From: Pseudovirgaria hyperparasitica | Taxonomy: Eukaryota | NCBI GenBank assembly: GCA_010093815.1 | Contig: ML996568.1 | Direction: 5' to 3' (one strand) | Length of the DNA stretch: 64,000 nt | Notes under the pieces: generated by a model | The model's database searches: none | Seen by the model: only the letters and a program-made list of their open reading frames with translations | What the model was told of the DNA's origin: nothing | Part shown: positions 50,297 through 62,372 of the stretch, one piece after another | How the letters are laid out: every line of letters begins with the position of its first letter | How positions within the stretch are numbered: the stretch's first letter is position 1 | Program-made: the position numbers and the translations under genes

Positions 50297-52693
50297 ACGG
50301 ACAGATCGCGACAAGAAACTAGCACGGTTGCAGGGTGTTGATTGGGCCAAGTAATTAAGGCCTCAATGGCAGGGACAGCAGATCAACACACAAATGCAGC
50401 TGTGCCTAGCTGCAGCGGCATGGATATGTAAGAGCTCCGTAGTCCGGGCTCTCGGAACCTTCAAGCCTCTCTTTTTGGACCATTCGACCGATGTGGAAGG
50501 ACAAGAATAGGCTTCTTTATGCGAGCCGCGGGAGCTATCCGAGCAAAAAAAAGGTAAGAGGATACGTTCGCATATGATGGTGAATGGAAAAGTTGTCTTT
50601 GCGGGTGGAGAGGCTCTGAGTTCTTCAGCCAAGCTCAATGCATGTCAATCCTGCCGTCGCTCACGGAAACGGGAGCGACGTGCCCCGACCTATCACGACC
50701 ACACTTTCGGTAGCAGGGACTATAGCTGTCAAGTGTCAAGAAAAGCCGAACAGCGTCACCATCTAGTGGGAAATCTTGTGAAGAGAGCTCAACATTTGGA
50801 AAGCCCATTGGCGCACAGTCAGGAAGATGCATTCAGGCTGACAGTGCCAATGAAGGAGGATACGAAAGCCAAGGCAACAAGACTATGCCTCGTTTGTATA
50901 GACGTGCATAATAGACCAGTGAGTTGAATGCCCCACGATGGAGAATCGGCAGTAGTGGCCTGTGAATAGGCCACAGCTCTTATGGTCCGGAAGTATATTA
51001 GCCGCGAGAAAGGCACAAATCGACCTAGGGCTGAGCCAGGATCATATGTGTGACGATGTTTTTGCTGGCCTGTCGCCCTGTGCGTTTATCGCGGCAGACA
51101 GGTAGTGGCCTCAGATGCCGTTCAAAATCGAGACAAAGACTAGCACCGCCGATATATTGGACCTACATCGTAGCGGTGTTACATATATATCAGATACTGT
51201 AGATTGTAGCAACAGAAGACAGTGAGTGGATGATGCCCAAACCCAGAACGATGTCGAGTCACAGCTGCATACGCCTGCATTAGACGAGCTGCACGAGACG
51301 AACGACGGAACGCACATAAAAGTCCAAGATACATGTTCGATGATGCCTGATACATACTCCAGTTGTACATTCTATATAACACAAGGAACAAGATACATGG
51401 TAATTACATGGTACGAGAAGTAATGCCGATGTATGTGTGCTGTGCTTTCGTCAACTGCCACTGCCCAATCCTCTCCACCCAACCCACCTGCGCCATGGAT
51501 CCTCATCCTGCCCCCACCATCCATGTCCACAATGCTGTCATTCTTCACACTCGAGTCAGCCATCAGCCATCACAACGCCAGCACGCCTCACTCTCGAACC
51601 CACTCAACTACTACCATCCACCCAATCACAATCACGGATATCACAGTTTCCACTGTCAACACCACATTACTACTGCTCGCCACGATTGTACATACATACC
51701 AGCCAAGCAGCAACCTAATCTCAAAACCAAGCCCCAATCTCGTCTCTCCTCTCTCTCTAAACATTCCAAGCTAACCTGTCTCCAGCCACACGACATCTAT
51801 CCCTTAGATCCCGGGTTGTTGGGGTCGTATGACCGAAAACAGTCCATCTAGACCTTGACCTGTTCATACGACATCACAGTACATAATACATACCAACCCC
51901 ATCCATCTTCGATGCGATACAAACCTAGCAGCCACCGCGAGGCGTTCGCGTGCCCGTCCGTCATGACGTGCAGCCCCAGCGCCCCCCCAAAGAAGATGGA
52001 TCTTTCAGCCGCTGACATCTCCCGTGGAATCGCTCGATCTACCCGGTCCCCGCGCAGGGGGGGCTGCCGCGAGTGTATAACATGTAGAACACGTGCGTCT
52101 GGTTTGATTGTACGTAGGGTCTGATTAGTGTATTCGTCCAACTCTGGCAGTCGACGATGGGGCTGGTCCTGCACAGGCAAGGTGTGCAAAGGGCCCAGAA
52201 TCCATGCCGATTGCATCCGGCGTTCGGGATAGAGGGCTGGAATGAAACTATAGTATGTACATTGGAAGCTGGACAGCCGTCATCCATCCACGATGCCGTG
52301 TTTGTGTGGAGCGGCAGAGTATGAATAAAGATTGTCGACAACGGGGGATACAGGCCCGGTGACTGAAGTTTGCTAGTGCTGGATGGGGCTTTTGGAGCAT
52401 ATTAGTCGGTGGAGAAGAGCTACTGTGGATGTTTGGTGGTGGGGGATAGGATGTATACATATACTGGCTGCATTGGATCGAGGGTCCACATGCGGTATTG
52501 TGCTAGTGATGAACATCTAGTGGAGTTGTATAAGTCATTGGGGATGAAGGTCTTTGAGCACATTACTCGCGGCTAAGCAGTAATATACAACCGGCGCGCC
52601 GAAAATGAACATCGTGGCAACGTTGGAACGTAGTGGACGACACATGATAGTCTTCCTCAGTTTTATTGTCCAATGATACCGAAAGATGTTTCC

Positions 52694-52731
52694 ACTGACT
52701 GACTGACTGACTGACTGACTGACTGACTGAC
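52694..52731. repeat. (ACTG)9 microsatellite
   Basis: Perfect tetranucleotide run. Confidence 0.95.
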
Positions 52732-52823
52732 AGATTCCCACTTTCCTACCCGTGCAACCGATCCAATACTGCCCCAAACCGTTCGGTACATCACTTGGCA
52801 TAACAGGAAAAGTCCAAATTCTG

Positions 52824-52826
<3 letters not shown>

Positions 52827-52868
<42 letters not shown>
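52827..52868. repeat. (CA)21 microsatellite
   Basis: Perfect dinucleotide run. Confidence 0.95.
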
Positions 52869-52870
<2 letters not shown>

Positions 52871-53572
52871 ATCGCATGTTATATACAGGAAACAAATCAA
52901 AAGACCCACCCATGTCAAGCGAGGAAGATCACCGAGAAAAGCCGGCTGTCATACTCGTACATGCCTGCTCGACCGGCCGCAAGTCGAAACTTCTTACAGA
53001 ACTGTTTTTTTTTTTTTGAAAGTCTTGGGAATATGTATGGGATGATGGGCTTTTAGTAAAATGTGAAGTCCATATCGATCTATCATCGTCATTCTTAATC
53101 TGATTCATGATGAAATCAGAGCGAGGCAGAGGAGGGAAGATAGACGCTGGACTTCTGAATCAGCATGATAGAATCGTATGCATGCATTGATTTGCGTTTC
53201 CTTTCTTATCTGCACCACCACAAGCACCACGTCCATACTAGCATACATGCATCTCATTCCTGCACCTGTTCCTCCCAATGCCTTGCATACTATATCACAG
53301 CTAACCTGTGCCGTGCGCGACCTAATAACCACAGGCACTGCCTGTGACTCTGCGCCAGCCATGCGATTCTTTGTGATGAATATCGATAGAAAAGAATTTC
53401 CTGTGTTGGCATTGCTAATAAGCTCTTTTGTTGGCCCGGAGAGAGAGACCGGCGCATCTCCTAGTGACTTCTTCCATGGATTCCATGGACACCGTGACCA
53501 GCGTTGCGACTAGATGACCCATTTCCAAATGCTGTTCATCTCGGCTTTGGCCAAATGCAGCACAATCCAAAC

Positions 53573-54639
53573 TCAGCACTCCTCATCCCCATCTCCAGCC
53601 CCACCAAACACACCCTCATACTCCGGAAACTCCAAAAACGCACCTCCAGCACCCCCAGCGCCACGACCACCACCGCTAACAACCCCATAGTCATTATCCC
53701 CAACACCACCATCACCATCATCACTATCCACAACCTCCTTCTTAACCCGCTTCCTACCACCACCACCACCCCCCTCCCTCTTAACCCCCTCCACCTCCTT
53801 CTTGCACCCCCAATTCCCATTCCCCTCATTCCCGTCATTTTCAAGATCTTCCTCACCGTCAAGATCAACAACAACCTTCCCCTTCACCCCCAATCCAGAC
53901 GATGCCTTGCGCTTCTTGCCACCAGCACCACCACCAGCACCACCAGAATCAGACCCCCCAACATCCCCCTCCGAATCATCCTCCACGACCGCGCTCGCGA
54001 AGCCCTTCTTCCCAGTTCCAGTTCCAGTTCCCTTTCCCTTGGCACTAGCCGCTGTAGGACCCTTTGCCTTGGATACTCGTGCAGCAGCAGCGGGTTTCTT
54101 GGACGTGTTGGTTGTAGTTGTTGTATTGGTGGTGCAGCTGGTGCCGAGGAGTTTCTTCTTGACGGGGCCCCAGCAGGCGGATGCGGAGGAGGGGTTCTTG
54201 AAGCCTGCGAGGGTGGCGAATTTTTGGAAGTCGAGCTTGGGTGAGGAGGAGGGTGTTAGTTTTGGGTTTGGTTGGGTGAGGGAGGTGGGGGGTTTGGGGT
54301 GGTGCTATGAGCGTTTGGGGGATGAAGGGATGGGAGAGGATGGGAGGATGGATGGGAGGATGGATGGGAGGATGAAGGGATGGGAGGATGGGAGGATGGG
54401 AGGATGGGAGGATGGGAGGATGGATGTGTAAGTGTAAGCAGCGTGTGCAGCACAAAGCAAAGACATGCATGTTTGCATGTCCATGCATGTGTACACGAGA
54501 TCTCGCGAAGACCCAGAGAAAGAATTTATAAAAAATAAAGAAACAAACAACAAACCTTAGCATCACCCTGAAGACACTGCCACGCAATCCCAGCCAGCTC
54601 CAACTCACGAGGCGTAAGCTTCTTGATTGCCTCGGCCAT
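53573..54639 (-). CDS. Small fungal protein with N-terminal helical Myb-like domain and disordered K/G/acidic tail
   Basis: Exon 1 54639-54556 (MAEAIKKLTPRELELAGIAWQCLQGDAK), 320-nt intron 54236-54555, and exon 2 LDFQKFATLAGFKNPSSASACWGPVKKKLL..., in frame with the 53573..53986 ORF. The ORF track misses it as a single gene. Confidence 0.7.
54325..54425. repeat. (GGATGGGA)n-type purine repeat inside the intron
   Basis: ggatgggagaggatgggaggatggatgggaggatgg... G-rich on the + strand. Confidence 0.8.
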
Positions 54640-54669
54640 TGATAGTACTGCTCTTCAACGACGTCGTTT

Positions 54670-54902
54670 GCGTGTATGTGTGGATGCGTGTGTGTGTGTG
54701 GATGCGTGTGTGTGTGTGGATGCGTGTGTGTGTGTGGATGCGTGTGTGTGTGTGGATGCGTGTGTGTGTGTNNNNNNNNNNNNNNNTGTGTGTGTGTGGA
54801 TGCGTGTGTGTGTGTGGATGCGTGTGTGTGTGTGGATGCGTGTGTGTGTGTGGATGCGTGTGTGTGTGTGGATGCGTGTGTATGTGCGTATGTGTGTGGA
54901 TG
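54670..54902. repeat. 18-bp tandem repeat GGATGC(GT)6 spanning a 15-N assembly gap (54772-54786)
   Basis: At least 10 copies of gtgtgtgtgtgtggatgc around the N run; true length unresolved. Confidence 0.92.
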
Positions 54903-55594
54903 TGAATTGCGCGAGCGTAGCGAAACTCTTAGAGAAACGTGCGTGTGTGCGTGCGTTCACGTAAGGCAAGAATCGAGGCTCGGAGAAGAACGTGAGGACG
55001 TGAGAGAGACCTGACCTCAGACTGACCTCAGGCTGTGAGATGAGGATACTGATCAAGCCAAGCCGCGTCAGTGAACAAGTAAACAAGCAAGTAAGCAAGC
55101 AAGGGAGAGAGGACGTGAAGATGTGCAGACAGAAGACAGAGAGGACTCTCACATACCTAGTAAAGTCTAGAGACGCTTCGATATCAGTGTTCCAAGACTA
55201 GGTCGCAGGTAGGGAAAAGGTAGGAGAGAGGAAGAGGGAGCTCACTTGATATAGATGGCGGCCAGGCGGAGCCAGGGCCGGCCAGAGTGAGGTGTGGGAA
55301 GTAGCGGTGAGAATAAGGCAGAATGAATGCCAAAAGTGAATCTAGGACTTGTTGATGATGAAGATGATGATGAGACGAAGAGTGAGGGAATGAGGGAGAT
55401 GACGCGATATTCGTTGCTTGGGTTTGTTATAGCGATATTCACTTTGCTGCACTGAAGAACCTCATGAACTCATGAAATGAACCATGTCGATCTCTTGCTT
55501 TTCATCTGAAGAACACATTAGGTCAAACCCTTTCGAGCAGCCAAAATCAATGGGACGACGTCTCTTCCCAAACCTGCTCTTCTGAGCCTTGGCC

Positions 55595-58500
55595 CTATAG
55601 AGCCCCAAACCCCTTGGAATAGCTCAACGCCAGCTCCAGCTTCTGCCGCATCTTTTCCTGCCCTGCATACTCCGGCAGCAGCAACTTGCCAAAACAAGTA
55701 CTACTCGTCGGCAGCATCTCCGAGTCGCCTCCGTTCCGCACAATCGCAAACATCATGCTGCCAACCCCCCCGACCGGCACCCTATCACTCGCCGTCACAA
55801 ACTCCAGTAACTTCGCCTTCTGCACATCGTCATACTCCAGCACAATGTTCCAGAACTGTGCGATGGTAGGGTGGTCCGCCGCATATCCATCTTCATATTT
55901 CGCAACACACTTAAGCTCATTCATGTCGATGTACTGATATCCCTCAATCACTTTGCGCAGACCGACGGGGTCGAAAAGCGAGAGAATGGTCGGGTCGAGA
56001 CACCTCAGGAAGCCCTGACGGAATGCATGGAGCTGCGGTGCGACGGACTGGTATACGAGCCAAAAAATATAGTCATTGACGAACTGCGCTCGAGTGTCGT
56101 TTGTCACCAGAGGAGCCTCGTCAGTTGATCGAGGGTCCACATACGTGCGATCGTTTCCTTCGTACACCTTGTTGAGTACCTGCAGGCGGTCTGTACGTGG
56201 ATTGGTCTGGCTGCTTGCCGGGTCAAGCATGTTGACGGTGATTGTCTCGCCAAAGGCGTCAAACGTGAATTCGTGAGAACCGCCGTAAATTTCACTCACA
56301 TCGCCATCCTCCCAAGTCAGTAGCTGGTGGAGGGACCTCGCGAGATCTGGCCAGCCGTCCTGCAGTAATGACAAACATGAATGTGTCGTACTCAAGTCTA
56401 ATAGAAAATAGTAAAATACGATTGGGAACGTCACCGGTAGCGTGATCCCGTTGTATACGGCCAGGGAGAATAAGAGACCAATGAGTTCGCAGTGTGCTAA
56501 AGAGGCCGGAGACGCTGGTTTGAACCATGTCATGCGTGTGTGTGGATCAGTAGTGAAAATTCCGTTGTCAGGGTTAAATGCTTCTGCAAGAGCTACGTGG
56601 AAGAATTCTAGCGAAACACCGCCCTGATCGACGCCATCTTCACCCTCGAGAGCGCCAATGCGTACCTTAAGAGGTCTCAAGAGTTGGGATTCGCTCAAGT
56701 GCCAAAGCTGGTTGAAACTGTCTTCTAATGCGTGGTTTCTGCGAACATCCAAGAGTAGATAGCGGGATAACAGATCCTTGAAAGCTGAGTGCCATGGTGA
56801 ATGGTTGGGCCGCGCTAGCACGTCCAGCATCTGATTAAGACAACGAGAACGTTCCGCTGTCTCATATGTACTGAACATTCTCGAATAGTTGAAAGTCCGA
56901 AAGAGTACCAATAGTTCCTTGGAGCTGTAGAGAAAAGGATAGTTGAGAACATGTCTATGGTTTGGAGTAGGAATGTGTCTTGCGAAGTGTCCGGGAACTT
57001 TAACCTTGTCCAGATTGGCATAGAAATAAGGTATGCGAAAGAGTTCAGCAGTCAAACCAAATTGATCGACCGGTTTCTTGTCGTACAGTATTTCGTCTGT
57101 CAGGTCGGGCATTCGAGGACGGTACCACGCTAGATTCAAACGTCAGCACACGTACCTGATAGACTCATAGATGGAAATACCCATTTCGTTCATCATGTCA
57201 ATAGCACCACCTACGACATTCCACCTCTTGATCAGCGGTTCTTTGTCCCAGTGAGTCACGCAGATGGTCTTCAGCCATTCCAGCCACACAGCAGACACGG
57301 ACCAGCCTGGTCCATCGTGCTCTTCTGGGGTATCCGGCTGACAGTCGATAATCTCACGGCGACACTTCTCTGCTTCTTGAAGATACTCCAAGACCATACG
57401 CATGAGATCAAATGCGGTATTGTTACCTTCAGTCCCTTCAAGTGCGTTCAGGATCTCAAAGAAACAACGCCGTGCCGAGATTGCGCGTATCAATCTCTCG
57501 GCCAATCTTAACGCGGGCTCATATTGCATCGCATCAATTATCTCTATCAATGACTTTACAAGCGGTCTTGGAAGAGATTTTGTTGCCGAAGCAGGTATGT
57601 GAACACCATGAGACCGTTCTCGAACTAGTGGCCACACTGATGGGGAGCCTCTGGGCACCTGAGATGTCAGAGCATGGATGCAGATGATAATGACATATGC
57701 CGCTTCACAATCAGGTATATAGCGAGGGCCATCAGCCGACTTCTTCGTATCAAGACGTGCTGTGTGGTTTTTACCGCGATCTCCATAAACAGACGTCTGA
57801 GGGGTGCGTAAACGAGGTTCTTTACCGTCTACAATGATCTCTGGCGGCGGTCGAAAGAGAGGTTCCAACGCCTCCCAAAGACAATCGAAGATGAAAGCTC
57901 CATTGATGCGAGACCATCCTCTAAAAGCACTCTCGAGCTTCGTGGGATTTAGATGAGACAGTGGAGACTGAATAAGAGGACAGCCACGATCGGCAAAGGA
58001 ATGCAAAAGTCTATCTATGTCGCTCAATGATCGTCTAAGAAAGATCTCTGCTGCCGCGATAGTAGGGTCTGGTGCCTTGAAGTAATTTTGAGAGTATGGA
58101 GTCATATATCCACGCCAAAGCGCTTTGTCCAATCGTGAAGACGACGAAAGCAAGACCTTTAACTTCTCCATGGTCGCGCACGTCAACGTGCGAGGTGGTA
58201 TGAACTTTTCGCTTCCGTGCCGTCTAGGTGTAGGAAGCTTTCTAGGTGTGTCCCGAAATTCCCTGCTAAATGATGACTTCATGTTGTCCGAGGCACCGCC
58301 TGCTTCAGAGATCCCATGGTTAATGCCCACCTTGGTCGATGCGAGTTCGCTTGGGAGCTTGAACCGCAGTGTGGACTGCTCACAACCAAGTCCGTCATCC
58401 AATGAGCCTTTCTGTCCAGCAGGAAGAGCCCCATCAGTATCGGACACCCTAATATTTCGCTGTTCCAGTATATCTTTCTCTTCTTTGTGAAGCTTTAGCT

Positions 58501-59246
58501 TCGACTGAGTCTCATCATTATCCACCGGAATGAACTGCGAGCAATTTTGCTGGACAAATGGATTTGCATGGCTCGAAAGTTCGACAACTGGAAAGCGCTT
58601 GAAATAGAAATATATTAACGCCACTGTGTCGAACAGATTTTGGCTCAATGATAGCTTATCTAGCTGTGGCGCATGCTGCGCGTCCAGCTTCGACCAGAAT
58701 GTACTTGATTTTTTGTGTGGTGTTCCTTTTGGCTCATGCATCTGAGCCGATCCTGTGTCGTGCCGCGAAAGCCATGATGACGCATCACAACCAATATCAA
58801 ACGGGGATACGTGTAGCGCATGTTGGCAAAGGCCGGCCCCCGGATCATCTTGAGCAGCGAGATAGTACGCAAGCATACGGGCGGTGAGTACGGTCGGCGG
58901 CTTATAAGGCGTGTCTCGGACTCGTATCTGGGCGCTTTTACACATGGGAGTGGTGCAATTGCGTTTATGACATCCATAGAGGATCTGCGACATATATCTG
59001 AAACATGTTAGGCCGTTGTCAGCGTCTACGGTTCCGGTCGGCTCACCTCCGTACGAGGTACTGGAACGTGATACTCCTTCTCATGCGCTTGTCTTCAATA
59101 TCTGAGCTTAGCTCGCCATCAGTGCTATGATGTACAACAGCCGTAAGCGGTGTTGGCGCGGGGCTCATCGTTGGATCGGCTGGACTCTTTGCAGCTGATG
59201 GTCCGGCTCCGTCTGGACCATTGGTCCACGATGAAGTATTTCGCAT
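55595..59246 (-). CDS. HECT E3 ubiquitin ligase with N-terminal AZUL-like Zn motif (Mug30/UBE3A-like)
   Basis: Three exons. QILYGCHKRNCTTPMC (AZUL-like), LDVRRNHALEDS, GEDGVDQGGVSLEFF, LLEFVTASDRVP, LPTSSTCFGKLLLPEY (catalytic Cys) and terminal GFGAL. Confidence 0.88.
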
Positions 59247-59787
59247 GTCATCTGTGTGGAGGTATATATAGTGCTCTACAGAGTCTTCGTGGCTCTGCTT
59301 GTGGAGCGCTGTTATATAGGGGTATAGAAGGTGGGAAGATACTGGACGCGTTCAAGCATCATCGCAAGTATCGCATTGGCGTTATTAGGCGGCGCAAGGT
59401 AGGTAATGAGGAACAGTGGATGTATCCAGGATCGAACGAGGAACTATGCGGTACGTACCGTGCTGATATATTCCTAGATGACATATATTACGAGTCACGC
59501 TACTGAGAGGCTTGAGACATTACACCTAATTATGCAGGTCTATTATGTACATAAAGCAGGTAGAGTCTTATCAGCTTTGGCTTACATGCTTCCACGCTGA
59601 CAAGCAATATACAAACATCTGTGTCGAATAACAAAATCGCACTACTTTCTATTCTGATGATCTCATATGCTACATTCTTCATCCTATCTTATCCAAGTTC
59701 TCTACAATTTCGGTACACTGTTAAGCTTTTCTTCGCCCCTGTACGACCTTAGCACCATCTCCATCCGAGCTCCAACAGGTGTGATCC

Positions 59788-60915
59788 TTACAACTTCCGT
59801 TTCTTATTGATGAAGCTCCTCGCCGCCTGACTACTCTTCCTTGCCGCAAACTCAAAGCCGACAATTGGCCCGACCAATATATAGTCATGTGGTGCATTCT
59901 CCTGGATGTCCAACGCTACCTCATTACCCTCCTTCTTTAGTTCCTCGTATAGTTGCGTGTCGTCACCGAGAAGTACCTCGCTGCCACCGACCGTGATCCA
60001 GATCGGAACAGTGCTTTTGAACGGGTTGCCGAGAGGCGAGATATACTCGGCGAACTTCGCGCTTGGCGACTTCATGGAGTCAGGGATGTATTTCGAAATG
60101 CCCCAGGCACCGAAGGAGGAGTGGATATAATCAGTCGCATAGTTTGGCGCCATCCGGGTGCGAGCTTGATCATAAGAGCCATGAGGCTCGACCCAGGGCG
60201 AAAACAACAAACTGGCACCCGGCGCCGGAATGTCAACCTCCTTTCCAAACTGTGCAATATATCTCAACAGCGCCAAGCACAGATTCCCACCCGCCGAATC
60301 TCCCGAGATGATGATGCGGCTCGCCGGAACCTCCAAGTCGTGAAGCGGGTACAGATACGTCGTGACGGCGTCCTGGAACGCAGCCGGGAATTTGCCATTC
60401 GTCGGCGCGCCAGACAGTCTGTACTGCGGAGCAAACACAAATGGCAACTTGGCATGCTTGTTGAGCGTCGCGCCTGCAAAGCCTGCGTCTCTCTTGCGGC
60501 CATCACCAATCACGAAGGCGCCGCCATGGAAGTGTAGACCGACGTCTTTACCCTTGAGCTCAGCTTTGGTCGGGGCGTGCGGGTACCAGGTACCGCCGAT
60601 CTTGATGGGCGACACATTTCCAACGCGCAGGGGACCGGTGTAGTACTTTTCACTTGCGGGCTCGACGGTTAAGAATTGCTTGCCCTCAGCGCCCGGAGCG
60701 AGTGGGAGGGGCACGTTCATCTCGACGGCGCCTGCGTGATAGAGGAACAGACGGACAATCTTGATGCCGATTGCTTGCCGGAAGGTCCATTTTGCGTTCG
60801 GGCGGAGGTTTGGAATGAGGTATGATACAACGAAGAGGGGGAAACGAGACAATTCGAATGCTAGAGCAAGGAGGACGTAGATGCCCTTGAAAGGCTGTGA
60901 GGTAATCAGTGCCAT
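59788..60915 (-). CDS. Alpha/beta hydrolase, hormone-sensitive-lipase (Abhydrolase_3) family, with N-terminal membrane anchor
   Basis: FHGGAFVIG oxyanion motif, PQYRLS, GDSAGGNL nucleophile elbow, FSPW and APHD; intronless. Confidence 0.9.
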   Translation of the reverse strand: MALITSQPFKGIYVLLALAFELSRFPLFVVSYLIPNLRPNAKWTFRQAIGIKIVRLFLYHAGAVEMNVPLPLAPGAEGKQFLTVEPASEKYYTGPLRVGNVSPIKIGGTWYPHAPTKAELKGKDVGLHFHGGAFVIGDGRKRDAGFAGATLNKHAKLPFVFAPQYRLSGAPTNGKFPAAFQDAVTTYLYPLHDLEVPASRIIISGDSAGGNLCLALLRYIAQFGKEVDIPAPGASLLFSPWVEPHGSYDQARTRMAPNYATDYIHSSFGAWGISKYIPDSMKSPSAKFAEYISPLGNPFKSTVPIWITVGGSEVLLGDDTQLYEELKKEGNEVALDIQENAPHDYILVGPIVGFEFAARKSSQAARSFINKKRKL

Positions 60916-61105
60916 TGCCAATCTTGGTAACCAATTTTCTCGAATTTCGTGAAAAGATACTGTGTACTAAGAAGCTCGAAACACACAGAAACGGGAGTCC
61001 TTGAGAGAATGGTCAAGGCAAAGTTCGGATCACCGTGGGGAAGAGCAATATTTGAGCTCATGGTTGAAGCTACTAAACGATCATTTTAGCTGCTGTCGTC
61101 AGATG

Positions 61106-61111
61106 CCTCGG
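61106..61111. promoter_or_regulatory. FarA/Ctf1-type CCTCGG element upstream of the esterase
   Basis: CCTCGG about 190 bp upstream of the esterase ATG; single hexamer. Confidence 0.3.
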
Positions 61112-62090
61112 TACGCTGAGACCTTCTACGGAGCCGTGCCCAAGGAAGAGATCTCGACATTGCGGGGGTCTGTCTAGGGCTCGGGATGGTCACGTGGAGT
61201 GTGGGAGAACTGGATTTTGCCCTTTGGCATGTGATTCTCTGTCAGTAATATAGCTCGAGTCTTAATCCAAACAGTTTGAGCACTTCTCGTGATGATGTAT
61301 GCTTAGTCTCATACTATGTAGAGCCTGTACTACCATCACAAGCTGCCAAGAGGTTCTATCAATGCGGATGACGGGAGGTACAGGCACTTGCCAAGCAAAT
61401 ATCAATATCTTAACAATACTCGTTTGCTACCCAACTTGGAACTCAGACTCATACACGTCACGATACGAATACTGTGAATTAATACAAAGTCAAGCAAACG
61501 TGATGATATATTTCAACTCGCATATCCCTGTTGGGAATCACAGGCCCCCTGGACGACATTTAGACCCTGGCTGAGAAGTCACTGCATTAGTGCCTCTTGG
61601 AAAGGCCTAATGTCTGCCTCAGGTTTCAGGGGCAGATAAGGCAATGTACGGACTCACGTCGCCCAAGTAAACCCTGCGAAGGGTTTGAGCCACGATTTGC
61701 AATTCATGAAGCAGCAATCTAATATATAACCAACAATCTTTGCATGTCTCGTGGTCGCGTCGAGTGAATTGCTTGGCGCCATTCGTCTCTGACAGCGCGT
61801 CGGCTGCTTTTTACTCAGGCAGGCCAGGGCTAATTAATTAGCTACGCCGTAATTAGGGTTGCATACGGCCCATGCCTGTACTACAAAGAGTACCACCATC
61901 AGCTTCAATAACACGGATTTTACAAAGTAACAACTTCTAATTTGGCCGTTGACGGCGAGGTATAAAACAACGTGCCCACAAAGGGCTGTGGCATTATTGC
62001 CACCCTATATCCCGAATTTCGCTAGATGGCGATGCCCTCTAAAGTGTAGAATTTCCAAAACTTTTGTTTATAATATCAGCTGGACACCGT

Positions 62091-62319
62091 CTAACCCTGG
62101 AACGTGTCTCCTAAAGTATTAATGCTCATGGCCATTCCGCGGCCCAAATAGCCATCTGCGTGTGCCTCGAGCCCTTCCATAGGCATCATACTGAGAGGTG
62201 ATGCCTGGTTGCTCATCATGTGTTGCTGGTGGTGCTGCGCCAAGCTGTGGTGGCTACTTCGGCGTGATAAGGAACCTGCATCCCAGAATACTTGCTGATG
62301 GTGATTGTGATTTTGGTTC

Positions 62320-62372
<53 letters not shown>

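Noticed and set aside
54623..55152. Cys-rich or His-rich ORFs in the ORF track (CVCVDA.., THTRIH..)
   Set aside because: These are translations of the 18-bp tandem repeat across an N gap, not proteins.
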